DNA of 64,000 nucleotides from Thermoplasmata archaeon (GTDB taxonomy: Archaea; Thermoplasmatota; E2; DHVEG-1), in the NCBI GenBank assembly GCA_020054495.1, contig JAHWGK010000009.1, positions 5,314-69,313 of the forward strand, in the 5' to 3' direction. Of the stretch, positions 50,682 to 61,399 are shown piece by piece. The position numbers were made by a program, and so were the translations under genes. Below the pieces are notes generated by a model. The model saw nothing but the letters and a program-made list of their open reading frames with translations. It searched no databases and was not told the origin of the DNA. Positions within the stretch are counted from its first letter, which is position 1; each line of letters opens with the position of its first letter.

Positions 50682-51721
50682 GTATGCGTTTTAAACTTGC
50701 ATTTATTGGTTTTGGTGTTGTAGGTCAGGGTCTTACTGAGATACTTTTGGAAAAAAAGGATATGCTTGCAGAAAAATATGATTTCCACTATGTTGTAGTT
50801 GCTGTTTCTGATATCATGAAAGGTTCTGTTTATGATGAGAATGGTCTTAATATGGGTGAGATTCTTAGCCTTGTAAAAGCTGATAAAAAGCTTGATGAGT
50901 ACCCATCTGGGATGAAGGATATGGATAGTCTAGCTACTATTAAGGATACCAATGCTGATACAATAATAGAAGTTACTTTTACTGATGTTAAAACAGGTGA
51001 ACCTGCTCTTACACACATAAAAGCAGCTCTTAATGCTGGTAAGAATGTTGTTTCTACGAATAAAGGTCCTGTTGTTAAACAAGTTATGGATCTTTTGAAA
51101 CTTGCTGAAAAAAATAATGTATTTTATGGCTTCGAAGGCGTAGTACTTGCTGGGACTCCTGTGTTGAATCTAGCTGAGTATACTCTCGCGGGTAACAAAA
51201 TCACCGGTTTCAAAGGCATCTTGAATGGTACGACTAATTATATTTTGACTCGAATGGAAGAAGGTATGTCCTATGATGATGCTTTGAAAAAAGCCCAGGA
51301 GCTTGGCTATGCAGAAGCAGATCCAACTGGTGATGTGGAAGGTTTGGATGCCCTGGGTAAGGTTGTGATTTTATCAAATGTAGTGTTGGGTAAGAATATT
51401 GGTTGGAAAGATGTTGAAAGAAAAGGTATCGCGGGTATTACAATTGAGGATGTCGAACAAGCGAAAGCAGAGGGAATGCGTTGGAAGCTTATTGGTAGTG
51501 CAGAAATACAAAAAGACGGTTCCTTAAAGGCCAAGGTTTGGCCGCAGAAACTTCCTTTGAGTGATCCATTAGCTGGTGTCAATGAAGCAATTAATGCTTT
51601 AACTTTTGATACGGATGAGTTGGGCCCAGTAACTGTTGTTGGTCCAGGTGCTGGTCGCCGTGAGACTGGTTTTTCGCTTCTTATTGATCTTCTAAATATG
51701 AATCGTAAGTTGAGTGAGTAG
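50678..51721 (+). CDS. hom: Homoserine dehydrogenase
   Basis: AFIGFGVVGQG (NAD site), GILNGTTNYIL, LGYAEADPTGDVEGLDA. Confidence 0.85.
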   Translation: MSMRFKLAFIGFGVVGQGLTEILLEKKDMLAEKYDFHYVVVAVSDIMKGSVYDENGLNMGEILSLVKADKKLDEYPSGMKDMDSLATIKDTNADTIIEVTFTDVKTGEPALTHIKAALNAGKNVVSTNKGPVVKQVMDLLKLAEKNNVFYGFEGVVLAGTPVLNLAEYTLAGNKITGFKGILNGTTNYILTRMEEGMSYDDALKKAQELGYAEADPTGDVEGLDALGKVVILSNVVLGKNIGWKDVERKGIAGITIEDVEQAKAEGMRWKLIGSAEIQKDGSLKAKVWPQKLPLSDPLAGVNEAINALTFDTDELGPVTVVGPGAGRRETGFSLLIDLLNMNRKLSE

Positions 51722-53554
51722 ATGAGCGGTGGATATACTGGACGAATGCTTGTTGTTGATTTGAAAAATCAGACAACAACAGTGGAAGATACAGATTTGG
51801 ATGATGCGCAGAATTTTATTGGTGCAAAAGGTCTTGGAGCAAAAATCCTGTTTGATAGACTTCCAAAAAAAACTGATCCATTATTTCCTAAAAATATTTT
51901 GATATTTACTACTGGTCCTCTTACTGGTACTTCTGCTCAGACATCAGGTCGTGGAACAGTTGTTACTAAGTCTCCTCAGACTGGTCTTTTTTTGGATTCT
52001 CATTTTGGTGGTAGTTTTGCTTTTGAAATGAAAAAAGCTGGTTGGGATTTCATAATAATCAATGAACAGGCTGGTAATCCTGTTTATCTTGTTATCAATG
52101 ATGATTCCGTTGAATTCAAAGACGCCAAAAATATCTGGGGTAAGGAATGTCTTGAGACTCATAACTGGCTTCTAAAAAACGAGGGAAAAGTTAAAACTGC
52201 GGTTATTGGTCCTGCTGGTGAAAACCTTGTAAAAATTTCTGCAATAACAATTGATGGTCACCGTCACGCAGGACGAGGTGGTTCTGGAGCTGTAATGGGT
52301 TCTAAAAACTTGAAAGCTATTGCAATTGCAGGTAGTAGCAAGATTCCGTTATATAATCCTAATGGCTTCCGTGAGAAATCAAAAGAAGTAACTAAGCAAG
52401 TAAAGCAAAATGATTTCGTACCTGTTAGAAGGAAATATGGTACTCCATTTTGGGTTAAACCCATTAACGACGAAGGTTTCATACCAACCAAAAACTACCA
52501 AGAAGGAAATTTTGAATATGCTGATGAACTCAATGCAGAAACAATGCAGAAAAAAATTGTAGATGGTGGTGGTGCATGTTATAACTGTGTGATTGCCTGT
52601 TGGAATAAATCATCTATCAAATCCGGTCCTTTTAAGGGTGTTTCACTTGTTGGTCCGGAGTATGAAACTCTGGCTCTTATGGGTTCCAATCTTTGTATGA
52701 AATCAGTTGAAGATGTAGCATATCTTAACGAAAGATGTAATGAGCTAGGCATGGATACAATTTCACTTGGCGGTATTCTTGGTTTTGCAATTGAGGCATA
52801 TGAAAAAGGAATTATAACCAAGGATGATCTCGGCGGTGTTGATATTGGCTGGGGAAAAGCAAAAGAACTAGGAAAACTCATAAGAGATATTGCTTATCGT
52901 AAAACAAAAGCTGGTGATATTCTTGCAGATGGTGTAAAACTTGCTGCTGAAAAACTAGGGAAAAACTCTGAGAGTTTTGCTGTGCATACTCATGGACTTG
53001 AAATTCCGGGTTATGACCCACGTGGAACATTTGGCATGGGTCTTGCTTATGCAACATCTGACCGTGGTGGCTGTCATCAGAGAGCTTGGACTGTGAAAGC
53101 TGAACTTAATGATCCAGATCTTGAACGTTTTTCTTTTGAAAACAAGGCACAGATGGTTAAAGATGTTCAGGATGAACGAGCAGCGTTTTTCTCACTGGTT
53201 TTGTGTGATTTTGCTCCTATTTCAGAAGAAAACTGTGTTGATATGTGGAATCTCGCAACTGGTTTTAATCATACTGTCGAAAGCTACATAAAATGTGGTG
53301 AACGTATTTGGAATCTTGTTCGATTGTTTAATCTCCGTGAGGGTATGAATCCAGCTGATGACAAACTCTCAGCTAGGTTTTTCAAGAATTCATTTACAAA
53401 AGGAAAAGCAAAAGGAATCACATTATCTGAAAATGAGTTTCAAAAAAGCCTGAAAGAATACTATTCAATTCGTGGCTGGGATGAAAAAGGAATTCCAACA
53501 TCTAAAAAACTTAAGGAGCTAGGGTTGGAAAGATATAGCTATAAAAAATGGTGA
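51722..53554 (+). CDS. aor: Tungsten-type aldehyde:ferredoxin oxidoreductase (AOR family)
   Basis: YTGRMLVVDL..., AGRGGSGAVMGSKNLKAI, CYNCVIAC, DRGGCHQRAW. Confidence 0.85.
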   Translation: MSGGYTGRMLVVDLKNQTTTVEDTDLDDAQNFIGAKGLGAKILFDRLPKKTDPLFPKNILIFTTGPLTGTSAQTSGRGTVVTKSPQTGLFLDSHFGGSFAFEMKKAGWDFIIINEQAGNPVYLVINDDSVEFKDAKNIWGKECLETHNWLLKNEGKVKTAVIGPAGENLVKISAITIDGHRHAGRGGSGAVMGSKNLKAIAIAGSSKIPLYNPNGFREKSKEVTKQVKQNDFVPVRRKYGTPFWVKPINDEGFIPTKNYQEGNFEYADELNAETMQKKIVDGGGACYNCVIACWNKSSIKSGPFKGVSLVGPEYETLALMGSNLCMKSVEDVAYLNERCNELGMDTISLGGILGFAIEAYEKGIITKDDLGGVDIGWGKAKELGKLIRDIAYRKTKAGDILADGVKLAAEKLGKNSESFAVHTHGLEIPGYDPRGTFGMGLAYATSDRGGCHQRAWTVKAELNDPDLERFSFENKAQMVKDVQDERAAFFSLVLCDFAPISEENCVDMWNLATGFNHTVESYIKCGERIWNLVRLFNLREGMNPADDKLSARFFKNSFTKGKAKGITLSENEFQKSLKEYYSIRGWDEKGIPTSKKLKELGLERYSYKKW

Positions 53555-53561
53555 TAAAGAT

Positions 53562-54722
53562 ATGGTAAAACTAAGTGAAGGTGCAAATCGGATTTATGGT
53601 GAAGCGGCATTTGAAGTACTTGCAAAAGCGCAAGAACTAGAAAGACAAGGTAAAAAAATTCTTCATTTTGAAATCGGAGAGCCAGATATGGAAACACCTG
53701 AGAATATAGCAAAAGCAGGGATGCAAGCGATAAATGATAAAAAAACACATTATGTTCCCTCAATTGGACTTTTAGAACTTAGAAAAGCAGCTCAGGATGA
53801 AGTTGAAAAAACTAGAGGCTACAGGCCAGATCTTGAACAAATGGTGGTTATTCCTGGTTTGAAACCTGGGATATTTTTTTCAATGCTTACAACAGTGAAC
53901 CCTGGTGATGAAGTCATATATCAAGATCCGGGTTATCCAACATATGGTTCGGTTTCATCATTTCTCGGGGCAAAAGGAGTCCTTGTTCCTCTACTTGAAG
54001 AAAACGAGTTTCGTATGAATCCGGATGATATAAAAAGTAGAATAACTAAGAAAGCAAAGCTAATTATAGTAAACTCGCCGCAGAATCCAACAGGATCAGT
54101 TATGACTAAATCAGAGTTGGATGAAATCGCAGAACTAGCAGAAGAACATGACATTTTTGTAGTTTCAGATGAGATATACTCAAAGATGACATATGATACA
54201 AAACATTATACACCGACAGCTAGAGATGAAGCAAAAGAAAGAACAGTGCTATTAGATGGTTTTTCTAAATATTATGCTATGACGGGTTGGCGACTTGGAT
54301 ATATGGTAGCACCAGTTAAAATGGTTGAAAGGCTCCAGGATTTTCTTGTCAGCGCAGTGTCATGTACCGCAGCGTTTACACAGTGGGCTGGTGTGGAGGC
54401 ACTTACTGGCGATCAAAGTTTTATACCTAAGATGATGGCAAGATTCAAAGAAAAAAGAGATAAAATCATTGACGGTCTGAACTCAATACCTGGTTTTAGT
54501 TGCTTAGCACCAAAAGGTGCGTTCTATGCATTTCCAAACATTATAGAAACAGGTATGACCTCCCAAGAATGTGCAGATCACCTGCTTTATAATGCAGGAA
54601 TAGCTGTTCTTCCGGGTACTGCGTTTGGTCCATATGGCGAGGGGTATCTTCGTTTTTCTTATGCCAATGCACTGAAAAACATTGATTTAGTTATTGAACG
54701 AATTAAAGAACATTTTAAGTAA
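53562..54722 (+). CDS. PLP-dependent class I aminotransferase (aspartate aminotransferase-like)
   Basis: NSPQNPTGSV, SDEIYSKM, GFSKYYAMTGWRLGY (PLP Lys). Confidence 0.8.
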   Translation: MVKLSEGANRIYGEAAFEVLAKAQELERQGKKILHFEIGEPDMETPENIAKAGMQAINDKKTHYVPSIGLLELRKAAQDEVEKTRGYRPDLEQMVVIPGLKPGIFFSMLTTVNPGDEVIYQDPGYPTYGSVSSFLGAKGVLVPLLEENEFRMNPDDIKSRITKKAKLIIVNSPQNPTGSVMTKSELDEIAELAEEHDIFVVSDEIYSKMTYDTKHYTPTARDEAKERTVLLDGFSKYYAMTGWRLGYMVAPVKMVERLQDFLVSAVSCTAAFTQWAGVEALTGDQSFIPKMMARFKEKRDKIIDGLNSIPGFSCLAPKGAFYAFPNIIETGMTSQECADHLLYNAGIAVLPGTAFGPYGEGYLRFSYANALKNIDLVIERIKEHFK

Positions 54723-54903
54723 TATTGTCATCCCTAACAGGTTTCGCCTTAGTCCTTTTGCAAACGATAGTAATATCTCTCTTTGCTATCCTTATTATAT
54801 CTAGTCTACATTTGTTTATAACTTCGTTATTTCGTTTCAACCTCATGTCAAAAATTATAATGTTTAATTAGCATCTACTAATCATACAAATATTTTTATA
54901 AAT

Positions 54904-55182
54904 CTAAATTAGCCCTCTAACGTTAAAAACAGGTCTGGGTTCGCCATCAATTTTTTCATGAAAAATTTTTTTGTTAGAAGTTTTCGCATATTCAACATTG
55001 TCTGTTGAAAATACCGTCATATTGGAATTGTCTTTCTCAAAATTTTTCTTTTTTTCTAAAGAGAGCAAATTGAATATTCTCTGTTTAATTATAAAGATTT
55101 TTACAATATCCTCAATATCCAATGCTTCATTATAATCATTTACTACGCCAACAATTTTCAATCTCCACCACGATATTAACAA
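54904..55182 (-). CDS. Hypothetical 92-aa protein (weak call)
   Basis: The only ORF in a 600-nt AT-rich gap. No recognisable motif. Confidence 0.25.
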   Translation of the reverse strand: MLISWWRLKIVGVVNDYNEALDIEDIVKIFIIKQRIFNLLSLEKKKNFEKDNSNMTVFSTDNVEYAKTSNKKIFHEKIDGEPRPVFNVRGLI

Positions 55183-55319
55183 TTGTTAATTACCTTTAAT
55201 ACCCTTTCGTTTATCGATTGCTATAAATAAATACATATATATTTTTCCAAAACTTAAACCAAAACACTATTATCATTTTGCAATGATTAAAATTTGAATA
55301 TATTTACGGATAAAATTAT

Positions 55320-56195
55320 CTAGCTATATTTTTCCACTTGATCTGCTATATCAGTTGGGAATTTAGCTACTTTAACATTTGCCTTTTCGAAAGCCTTTAT
55401 TTTTGATTCAGCAGTACCTTTTCCACGAGCGATAATTGCTCCAGCGTGACCCATACGTTTACCAGGAGGAGCAGTCCTACCAGCAATGAATGCAAACACA
55501 GGTTTACTAATATGCTCAATTATATGTTCTGCAGCATCCTCTTCAGCAGTTCCACCAATTTCACCAACTAATACTATTGCTTTTGTTTCTTTATCTGCTT
55601 CAAATGCATCAAGGGCATCAATAAAAGTAGTACCAATAATTGGATCTCCACCAAGACCAACACAAGTACTCTGACCAATACCTTTCTCTTTCAACGAGTT
55701 CACAATCTCATAAGTAAGAGTTCCAGAACGACTTGCAACACCAACATCGCCCTCTAAAAAGATACTACCAGGTAAAATTCCAATTTTGCTTTTACCTGGG
55801 CTTGCAATACCCGGACAATTCGGACCAATCAATATTGCATCCTTGTATTTTGCATAGTGAACAAATTCCATTGCATCATGAAACGGAATATTCTCAGTAA
55901 TTGTTACAACTGTTTTGATCCCTGCATCAAGTGCCTCGAATACAGCATCTTTTGCAAAACGAGCAGGAACAAGAATTAGGGATGTATCGGCACCGGTTTC
56001 ATTCACGGCATTGCCAACGTTGTTAAAAACAGGGACGTTATGTACTTCTTGGCCTGCTTTACCTGGTGTTACGCCAGCAACTACTTTTGTTCCAAAACCT
56101 AGCATTTCACCAATATGAAAAACACCCTGGTGACCTGTTGCACCCTGAACTACTAATTTGTTTTTTTCATCAACAAAAATAGACAATTTATGCAC
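55320..56195 (-). CDS. sucD: Succinyl-CoA synthetase alpha subunit
   Basis: [26 protein letters not shown] (phosphohistidine loop). Confidence 0.9.
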   Translation of the reverse strand: MHKLSIFVDEKNKLVVQGATGHQGVFHIGEMLGFGTKVVAGVTPGKAGQEVHNVPVFNNVGNAVNETGADTSLILVPARFAKDAVFEALDAGIKTVVTITENIPFHDAMEFVHYAKYKDAILIGPNCPGIASPGKSKIGILPGSIFLEGDVGVASRSGTLTYEIVNSLKEKGIGQSTCVGLGGDPIIGTTFIDALDAFEADKETKAIVLVGEIGGTAEEDAAEHIIEHISKPVFAFIAGRTAPPGKRMGHAGAIIARGKGTAESKIKAFEKANVKVAKFPTDIADQVEKYS

Positions 56196-57294
56196 CTCCG
56201 GCTAAATCAGAAGATTGTTGTGCAGCATCCTGTAAAGTCGTAGCAGTAATCAAACCTGCATCCTTCAAAATGTCTTTAGCAGCATCTTCATTCATACCTT
56301 TAATGCGAGTAATAACTGGGCAATCAATTCCTTCTTTTGTAATAACTGCCTTAACACCTTTTGCAACAGTATCACACTTAGTTATGCCACCAAATAAATT
56401 CAAAAAGATCACCTTAGGCTTAGCCTTTTTCATAAGCTCAAAAGCCTGCTTTACTTTTTCAGGGTCATCAGTACCACCAAGATCTAAAAATACACCGCCT
56501 GCGCCTTTGAAATGAGTCAATGCATCAAGAGTAGCCATTGTAAGACCTGCTCCATTAGCGATAACACCAATATTCCCATCAAGCTGAATAAAAGCAATAC
56601 CTTTTTCCTTAGCATCCTTCTCCAATGGTGTAAGCTCAACAAGCTCAGGGGCAATATCAGGATGACGAAACATAGCATCATCATTAATAATCACCTTAGA
56701 GTCAAGAGCCATCACACTGCCATCGCCCGTGATTACCAAAGGATTTATTTCAACTAATTCACAATCATATTCTCTAAACAATTTGTAAATCTTGGAAAGA
56801 ACCTTAGAAGCTCCTTTACTTTCATCCCTACCAAGATCTAACTTGGAAAGAATATTACGAATATTAAAAAGTTGAATACCGATCAAAGGGTTAACCCATT
56901 CCTTGAAAATCTCTTCATCGAGAACACTTTCGATATCCATACCGCCTTTAGCACTAGCCATAATACAAGGCATTCTCTTGGTCCGATCTAAAGAAATACT
57001 AAGATACAACTCATTTTTAATATCTGCTTGCTCCTCTGCAAGAACCTTGCCAACCGTATAACCACGAATATCCATACCAAGAATCTGCGACAATTTTTTC
57101 TCTGCATCCTTCAAATTATCCACAGGTTTAATACCACCTGCTTTTCCACGGCCACCAATAGGGACCTGAGCCTTCAATATTAACGGAAAATTGAGACCAG
57201 AAAAATCTTTCTCATCTTTCACCAACTTACCTTTTGGAACTGCAATACCATATTTACCAAACAGCTCCTTCCCCCTGTACTCAAAAAGCTTCAT
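56188..57294 (-). CDS. sucC: Succinyl-CoA synthetase beta subunit (ATP-grasp)
   Basis: [20 protein letters not shown]..., [17 protein letters not shown]. Confidence 0.9.
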   Translation of the reverse strand: MKLFEYRGKELFGKYGIAVPKGKLVKDEKDFSGLNFPLILKAQVPIGGRGKAGGIKPVDNLKDAEKKLSQILGMDIRGYTVGKVLAEEQADIKNELYLSISLDRTKRMPCIMASAKGGMDIESVLDEEIFKEWVNPLIGIQLFNIRNILSKLDLGRDESKGASKVLSKIYKLFREYDCELVEINPLVITGDGSVMALDSKVIINDDAMFRHPDIAPELVELTPLEKDAKEKGIAFIQLDGNIGVIANGAGLTMATLDALTHFKGAGGVFLDLGGTDDPEKVKQAFELMKKAKPKVIFLNLFGGITKCDTVAKGVKAVITKEGIDCPVITRIKGMNEDAAKDILKDAGLITATTLQDAAQQSSDLAGGA

Positions 57295-57312
57295 GGCACA
57301 CTGAATGCAAAT

Positions 57313-58401
57313 TCACATATTTAATAGCTTTTTAACCCAGAAATCACAACCCACAATTTTATGAGTAATAGGGGCAAACTTGAAATCTTTAATAAAAACC
57401 AACGTGTTCAAACCGTAAGTACGAATGACAGGATCCTCAGCAATCCACTTATTCTCCTTCAACACTTGCATAACCTTCATCATATCAGATTTATAATCAT
57501 CATAATCTTGATATACAGAAATCATAACCGCTTCAAACATCCTACTCGCCAAAAAAATAGTTGAATCACTCATCAACAAAGCTGCATCTTCAACTTCCAT
57601 ATTAGGCGGATTACGTGGATCGAAACGAATATGATAAAACGCTAAAATCTCAAAACCCAGCTTCTTAAGATTAGGGAGACTAATCTTCCTTACAAGGTTA
57701 TTTTCCTCAAAAACCCGTCTCAAACGTGAAACGGTATGTCTTGAAACACCGATTTCCCTACCGATATCACTATCAGACATCTCAGGATAACTAACCATCA
57801 TACAAAATACGTTCTTTTCGGTATCGGAAAAATCAACATTCTTAGTATGTCTAAAAGCCAAATCTGCAACAACTTCCTCAAATTCAAGATTCAAATCAAA
57901 ACTGATCTTTAACAAAGGAGCAAAATCAAAAAAACGATACACACGGCCAATCTCAAAAGGAAAAACAACCATACTAGGATACTCATCTTCTAAAAGACCA
58001 CGTCCACCAAAAGTCTGCGTCCTAATATCGTTAATCCTACCAACAGTTGCATAATTCCGTGAAAGACTCAAAGAAAAACCTTTATCCTGCTCACCAACAG
58101 AAAAAAATATCTCCTCAAAAACCTCAATGGTTTTACCTGTGATTCCAACTCTTTCCTCCAACGGAATCAATGGACTAAAATTCGTATAAATCGCAACTAA
58201 CATCTGGCAGCCCATGTTCTGAAGTCGCGGTATTATAAGTTTCCTGAAATATTCATTTTTCCGTAATCTATGTCTGATTGAGGTGACTGTGGAATGTTTT
58301 AAATCAAGTTTTTCAGAAAGTTGTTTATCTGTTAACTTTGGGTATCTAGCAAGACCGTATAACGTTAGTTTTTCTTTTGGCGTTAATTCAAATTTTTTCA
58401 T
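57313..58401 (-). CDS. Transcriptional regulator with two HTH modules
   Basis: LTPKEKLTLYGLARYPKLTDKQLSEKLDLKHSTVTSIRHRL, and a second FSDTEKNVFCMMVSYPEMSDSDIGREIGVSRHTVSRLRRVF. Confidence 0.6.
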   Translation of the reverse strand: MKKFELTPKEKLTLYGLARYPKLTDKQLSEKLDLKHSTVTSIRHRLRKNEYFRKLIIPRLQNMGCQMLVAIYTNFSPLIPLEERVGITGKTIEVFEEIFFSVGEQDKGFSLSLSRNYATVGRINDIRTQTFGGRGLLEDEYPSMVVFPFEIGRVYRFFDFAPLLKISFDLNLEFEEVVADLAFRHTKNVDFSDTEKNVFCMMVSYPEMSDSDIGREIGVSRHTVSRLRRVFEENNLVRKISLPNLKKLGFEILAFYHIRFDPRNPPNMEVEDAALLMSDSTIFLASRMFEAVMISVYQDYDDYKSDMMKVMQVLKENKWIAEDPVIRTYGLNTLVFIKDFKFAPITHKIVGCDFWVKKLLNM

Positions 58402-58452
58402 TTGCTCTACTTAAGAATAAGTAATTTTTGCATATAAACCTTTTTATTATTT

Positions 58453-58467
58453 TGACAAAAATTGTCA
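58453..58467. promoter_or_regulatory. Perfect inverted repeat TGACAA-AAA-TTGTCA in the divergent intergenic region
   Basis: Read directly at 58453-58467. It lies 52-66 nt upstream of the HTH regulator start and about 250 nt upstream of the sdhB-like gene. Confidence 0.35.
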
Positions 58468-58720
58468 TGTTTTTTAGTAAAAAGAGCAGAAATTAGTAGT
58501 TATTCTAGCATATACGTAAATTTGTTAATGTGCTTTATAATTTCGATAATTTTTACCAAAAGCTTATAATATATAATTAACATTTGGAATCTCATAACTT
58601 GGGAGGAGCCACCTTGGTAAAAACCATGGCAGAGAATGCCATTTACGGAAAAATTAAAACGAATATTTTTCTCTTTAGATTTTTAAAAATTTGTTTTGTC
58701 TGTTTTGTGGGGATAAGAAC

Positions 58721-59482
58721 ATGAGTAAAAGTAAACAATTCCTTGTAGAAAAGCTAGATAGAAAAGCAGAGGATATGAGGAAAAAAGCCGGTGAGGTTGA
58801 AGTTTTTATTATGGGTAAAAGTTACAGGGTCCCTGCGGGTCTTACTATAATGAAGGCTTTGGAATATGCTGGCTATAGGTTTATACGTGGTTGTGGCTGC
58901 CGGGCTGGTTTTTGTGGTGCATGTTCCACGGTTTATCGTATTGAAGATGAACAAAAACTTGGTTTTGATCTTGCTTGTCAGAAGGTTGTTGAGGATAAGA
59001 TGTATCTTGTTCAGCTTCCTTTTGTTCCCGGTGCAAAAGCAGAATATGATATCAATAAGCTTGAACCCGGCGATAGTACCCTGATTACGATGTATCCTGA
59101 GATTGCTCGTTGTGTATCTTGTAATACTTGTACTAAATCTTGCCCTCAGGATATTGAGGTTATGAAGTATATTCAAATGGCTATCAGGGGCGATGTTTCT
59201 AGGTGTGCTGAGATCTCTTTTGATTGTATTCAATGTGGTCTTTGTGCGATGCGTTGTCCTGCTGATATTAAACATTATCATGTTTCACAGTTGGCTCGTA
59301 GGTTGCGTGGTAAATATATTGATCCTAAATCTAAGAACCTTACTAAGCGTTTGAAGGAGATTGAAGAAAGAAAATATGATGACGAAATCGAAAAGATGAT
59401 AAAGATGGATAAAAAAAATATCACGGAACTATACAAGAATCGTGAGATCGAAGCAGAGCAAGAGGGAGAAGGGGGTGAATAG
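58721..59482 (+). CDS. Succinate dehydrogenase/fumarate reductase iron-sulfur subunit-like protein (start set at ATG 58721)
   Basis: 2Fe-2S motif CGCRAGFCGACS. 4Fe-4S motifs CVSCNTCTKSCP and CIQCGLCAMRCP. Confidence 0.75.
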   Translation: MSKSKQFLVEKLDRKAEDMRKKAGEVEVFIMGKSYRVPAGLTIMKALEYAGYRFIRGCGCRAGFCGACSTVYRIEDEQKLGFDLACQKVVEDKMYLVQLPFVPGAKAEYDINKLEPGDSTLITMYPEIARCVSCNTCTKSCPQDIEVMKYIQMAIRGDVSRCAEISFDCIQCGLCAMRCPADIKHYHVSQLARRLRGKYIDPKSKNLTKRLKEIEERKYDDEIEKMIKMDKKNITELYKNREIEAEQEGEGGE

Positions 59483-59483
59483 T

Positions 59484-61130
59484 ATGGCGATGGTTGATGG
59501 TTATCCAGATTATATGATGAAATCAATAAAACTTGTGGAGAAGAAACGTGAGAGGAATATGTCCACTCATGTTAAACCTATGAATATGAAGGAGCGGGAA
59601 CAAATTCTTGGTAAATTTCATCCAGATTATATGACGGGTACGAAAAGGGAGCTTAGAGTTGGTATTGATAAAGGTAAACTTTTGTATAATGGTATCGCGG
59701 ATCTTCTCGAGGCTAAATCTGTTCTTGATCCAAAAGACGTTGATTTGAGTAAGATTGATTATGATGTTGATTTACTTATTATAGGGGGCGGAGGCGCTGG
59801 AACAGTTGCTGCATTATTTGCCTATGAATCCAGCGTTCCTAAGGATGAAATTTTGATTGTTACCAAACTTCGTCATGGTGATTCAAACAGTATGATGGCG
59901 CAGGGCGGTATTCAAGCAGCAGATCGACCTGAAGATAGTCCAGCTTTGCATTATTTGGATATTTATGGCGGTGGACATTTCACTAATAAACATGAGTTGG
60001 CTCGTGCTCTTGCTTTGGATGCTCCTGGCATAATTAATTGGCATCAAGAGCTTGGAGTGATGTATGATCGTCAGGATGATGCTGAATTTCAGGAGCTCTC
60101 AGGCGGTGGGACCTGTAGAAATCGTATGCATAGCGCTAAGGACTATACGGGCATGGAGCTTCTTCGAAACATTAGGGATAAATTTAGGAATCTTGAGATT
60201 CCGGTGTTGGAGTTTTGCCCTATAATAGAATTCCTTATGGATGACAAGGGTCAGGTAGCTGGTGGGATCGCTTTCAATCTTGAAACATATGAGTATTATG
60301 TTATTCGAGCCAAGGCTACTCTTCTTGCAACAGGTGGTAGTGGACGTTTACATCTTTCAAATTATCCAACAACAAATCATTACGGCGCCACAGGTGATGG
60401 TCTTATTATGGCATATCATGTAGGTGCTAATCTCACTGATCTCGATACGATTCAGATTCATCCAACTGGCGATGCTCATCCTGAACCATTGGTTGGAATA
60501 CTTTCCACTGAGAAAATAAGAGGACTTGGTGCGATACCTGTAAATGCTAATGGTGACCCGTTTGTATTCCCACTTGAACCCCGTGATGTTGAATCAGCAG
60601 CTTTTATCCAGGAATGCAAAGAGGGTAGAGGTACTGTAACACCAACGGGGATGCCCGGAGTATGGCTTGATACACCAATGATTGAGATTATACATGGAGA
60701 GGGCACCATTCAAACATTACTTGCAGGTGAAATGCGTAAGTTCAAACGATTTGGAATTGACATGACAGAATATCCAATTCTTGTTTATCCAACTCTACAT
60801 TATCAGAATGGCGGTGTAGAGATCAACGAGAAAACTGAGACCAAGATACCGGGACTCTTTGCAGCTGGTGAAGTAACTGGCGGCGTCCATGGGAAAAACC
60901 GGCTTATGGGAAACTCACTACTTGATTACAACGTATTTGGTAGACGTGCTGGAATATATACTGCTAAATATGTTAAAAAAGCTAAAGTTGGAAAAATCAC
61001 TCTAAACCATCTGGATAAATATAATAAGATGCTAGGTCAAGCAAATATTAAACCAAAGAAAACAGCACCAATAATATTACCAGAATACCGTGGTGAAATG
61101 GCAATTTCTAGAGCTTTAGATATACTCTGA
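59484..61130 (+). CDS. Fumarate reductase/succinate dehydrogenase flavoprotein-like subunit (start set at ATG 59484 after GGGGGTGA)
   Basis: DLLIIGGGGAGTVAA (FAD), SMMAQGGIQAA, IQIHPTG, GNSLLDYNVFGRRAG. No His at the covalent-FAD position (GDSNSMMAQGG). Confidence 0.8.
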   Translation: MAMVDGYPDYMMKSIKLVEKKRERNMSTHVKPMNMKEREQILGKFHPDYMTGTKRELRVGIDKGKLLYNGIADLLEAKSVLDPKDVDLSKIDYDVDLLIIGGGGAGTVAALFAYESSVPKDEILIVTKLRHGDSNSMMAQGGIQAADRPEDSPALHYLDIYGGGHFTNKHELARALALDAPGIINWHQELGVMYDRQDDAEFQELSGGGTCRNRMHSAKDYTGMELLRNIRDKFRNLEIPVLEFCPIIEFLMDDKGQVAGGIAFNLETYEYYVIRAKATLLATGGSGRLHLSNYPTTNHYGATGDGLIMAYHVGANLTDLDTIQIHPTGDAHPEPLVGILSTEKIRGLGAIPVNANGDPFVFPLEPRDVESAAFIQECKEGRGTVTPTGMPGVWLDTPMIEIIHGEGTIQTLLAGEMRKFKRFGIDMTEYPILVYPTLHYQNGGVEINEKTETKIPGLFAAGEVTGGVHGKNRLMGNSLLDYNVFGRRAGIYTAKYVKKAKVGKITLNHLDKYNKMLGQANIKPKKTAPIILPEYRGEMAISRALDIL

Positions 61131-61138
61131 GGAGTTTT

Positions 61139-61399
61139 ATGATAGAAGTAAAAGACGACTGGTGTAAAGGCTGCAATATCTGTATAGAACGATGCCCAGT
61201 TAACGCACTTGAAGAATCTGATAGATTAAACAAGAAAGGCATTCGCCCGCCCCAGTTGAAAAAAAACAACGAATGTAATGACTGCAGGCTCTGTGAACTA
61301 CTTTGCCCAGATCTTGCAATATCTGTTATATCTGATAAAGAAGTTAAAAAAGAGGATAAAAAAATCCTTCTAAGACCAGTTGGAGGAACTATAAAATGA
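61139..61399 (+). CDS. korD: 2-oxoglutarate-type ferredoxin oxidoreductase delta subunit (ferredoxin)
   Basis: CKGCNICIERCP and CNDCRLCELLCP. Confidence 0.7.
   Translation: MIEVKDDWCKGCNICIERCPVNALEESDRLNKKGIRPPQLKKNNECNDCRLCELLCPDLAISVISDKEVKKEDKKILLRPVGGTIK

Noticed and set aside
58754-59281. 175-aa minus-strand ORF inside the sdhB-like gene
   Set aside because: It is antisense to a gene with three intact Fe-S cluster motifs.
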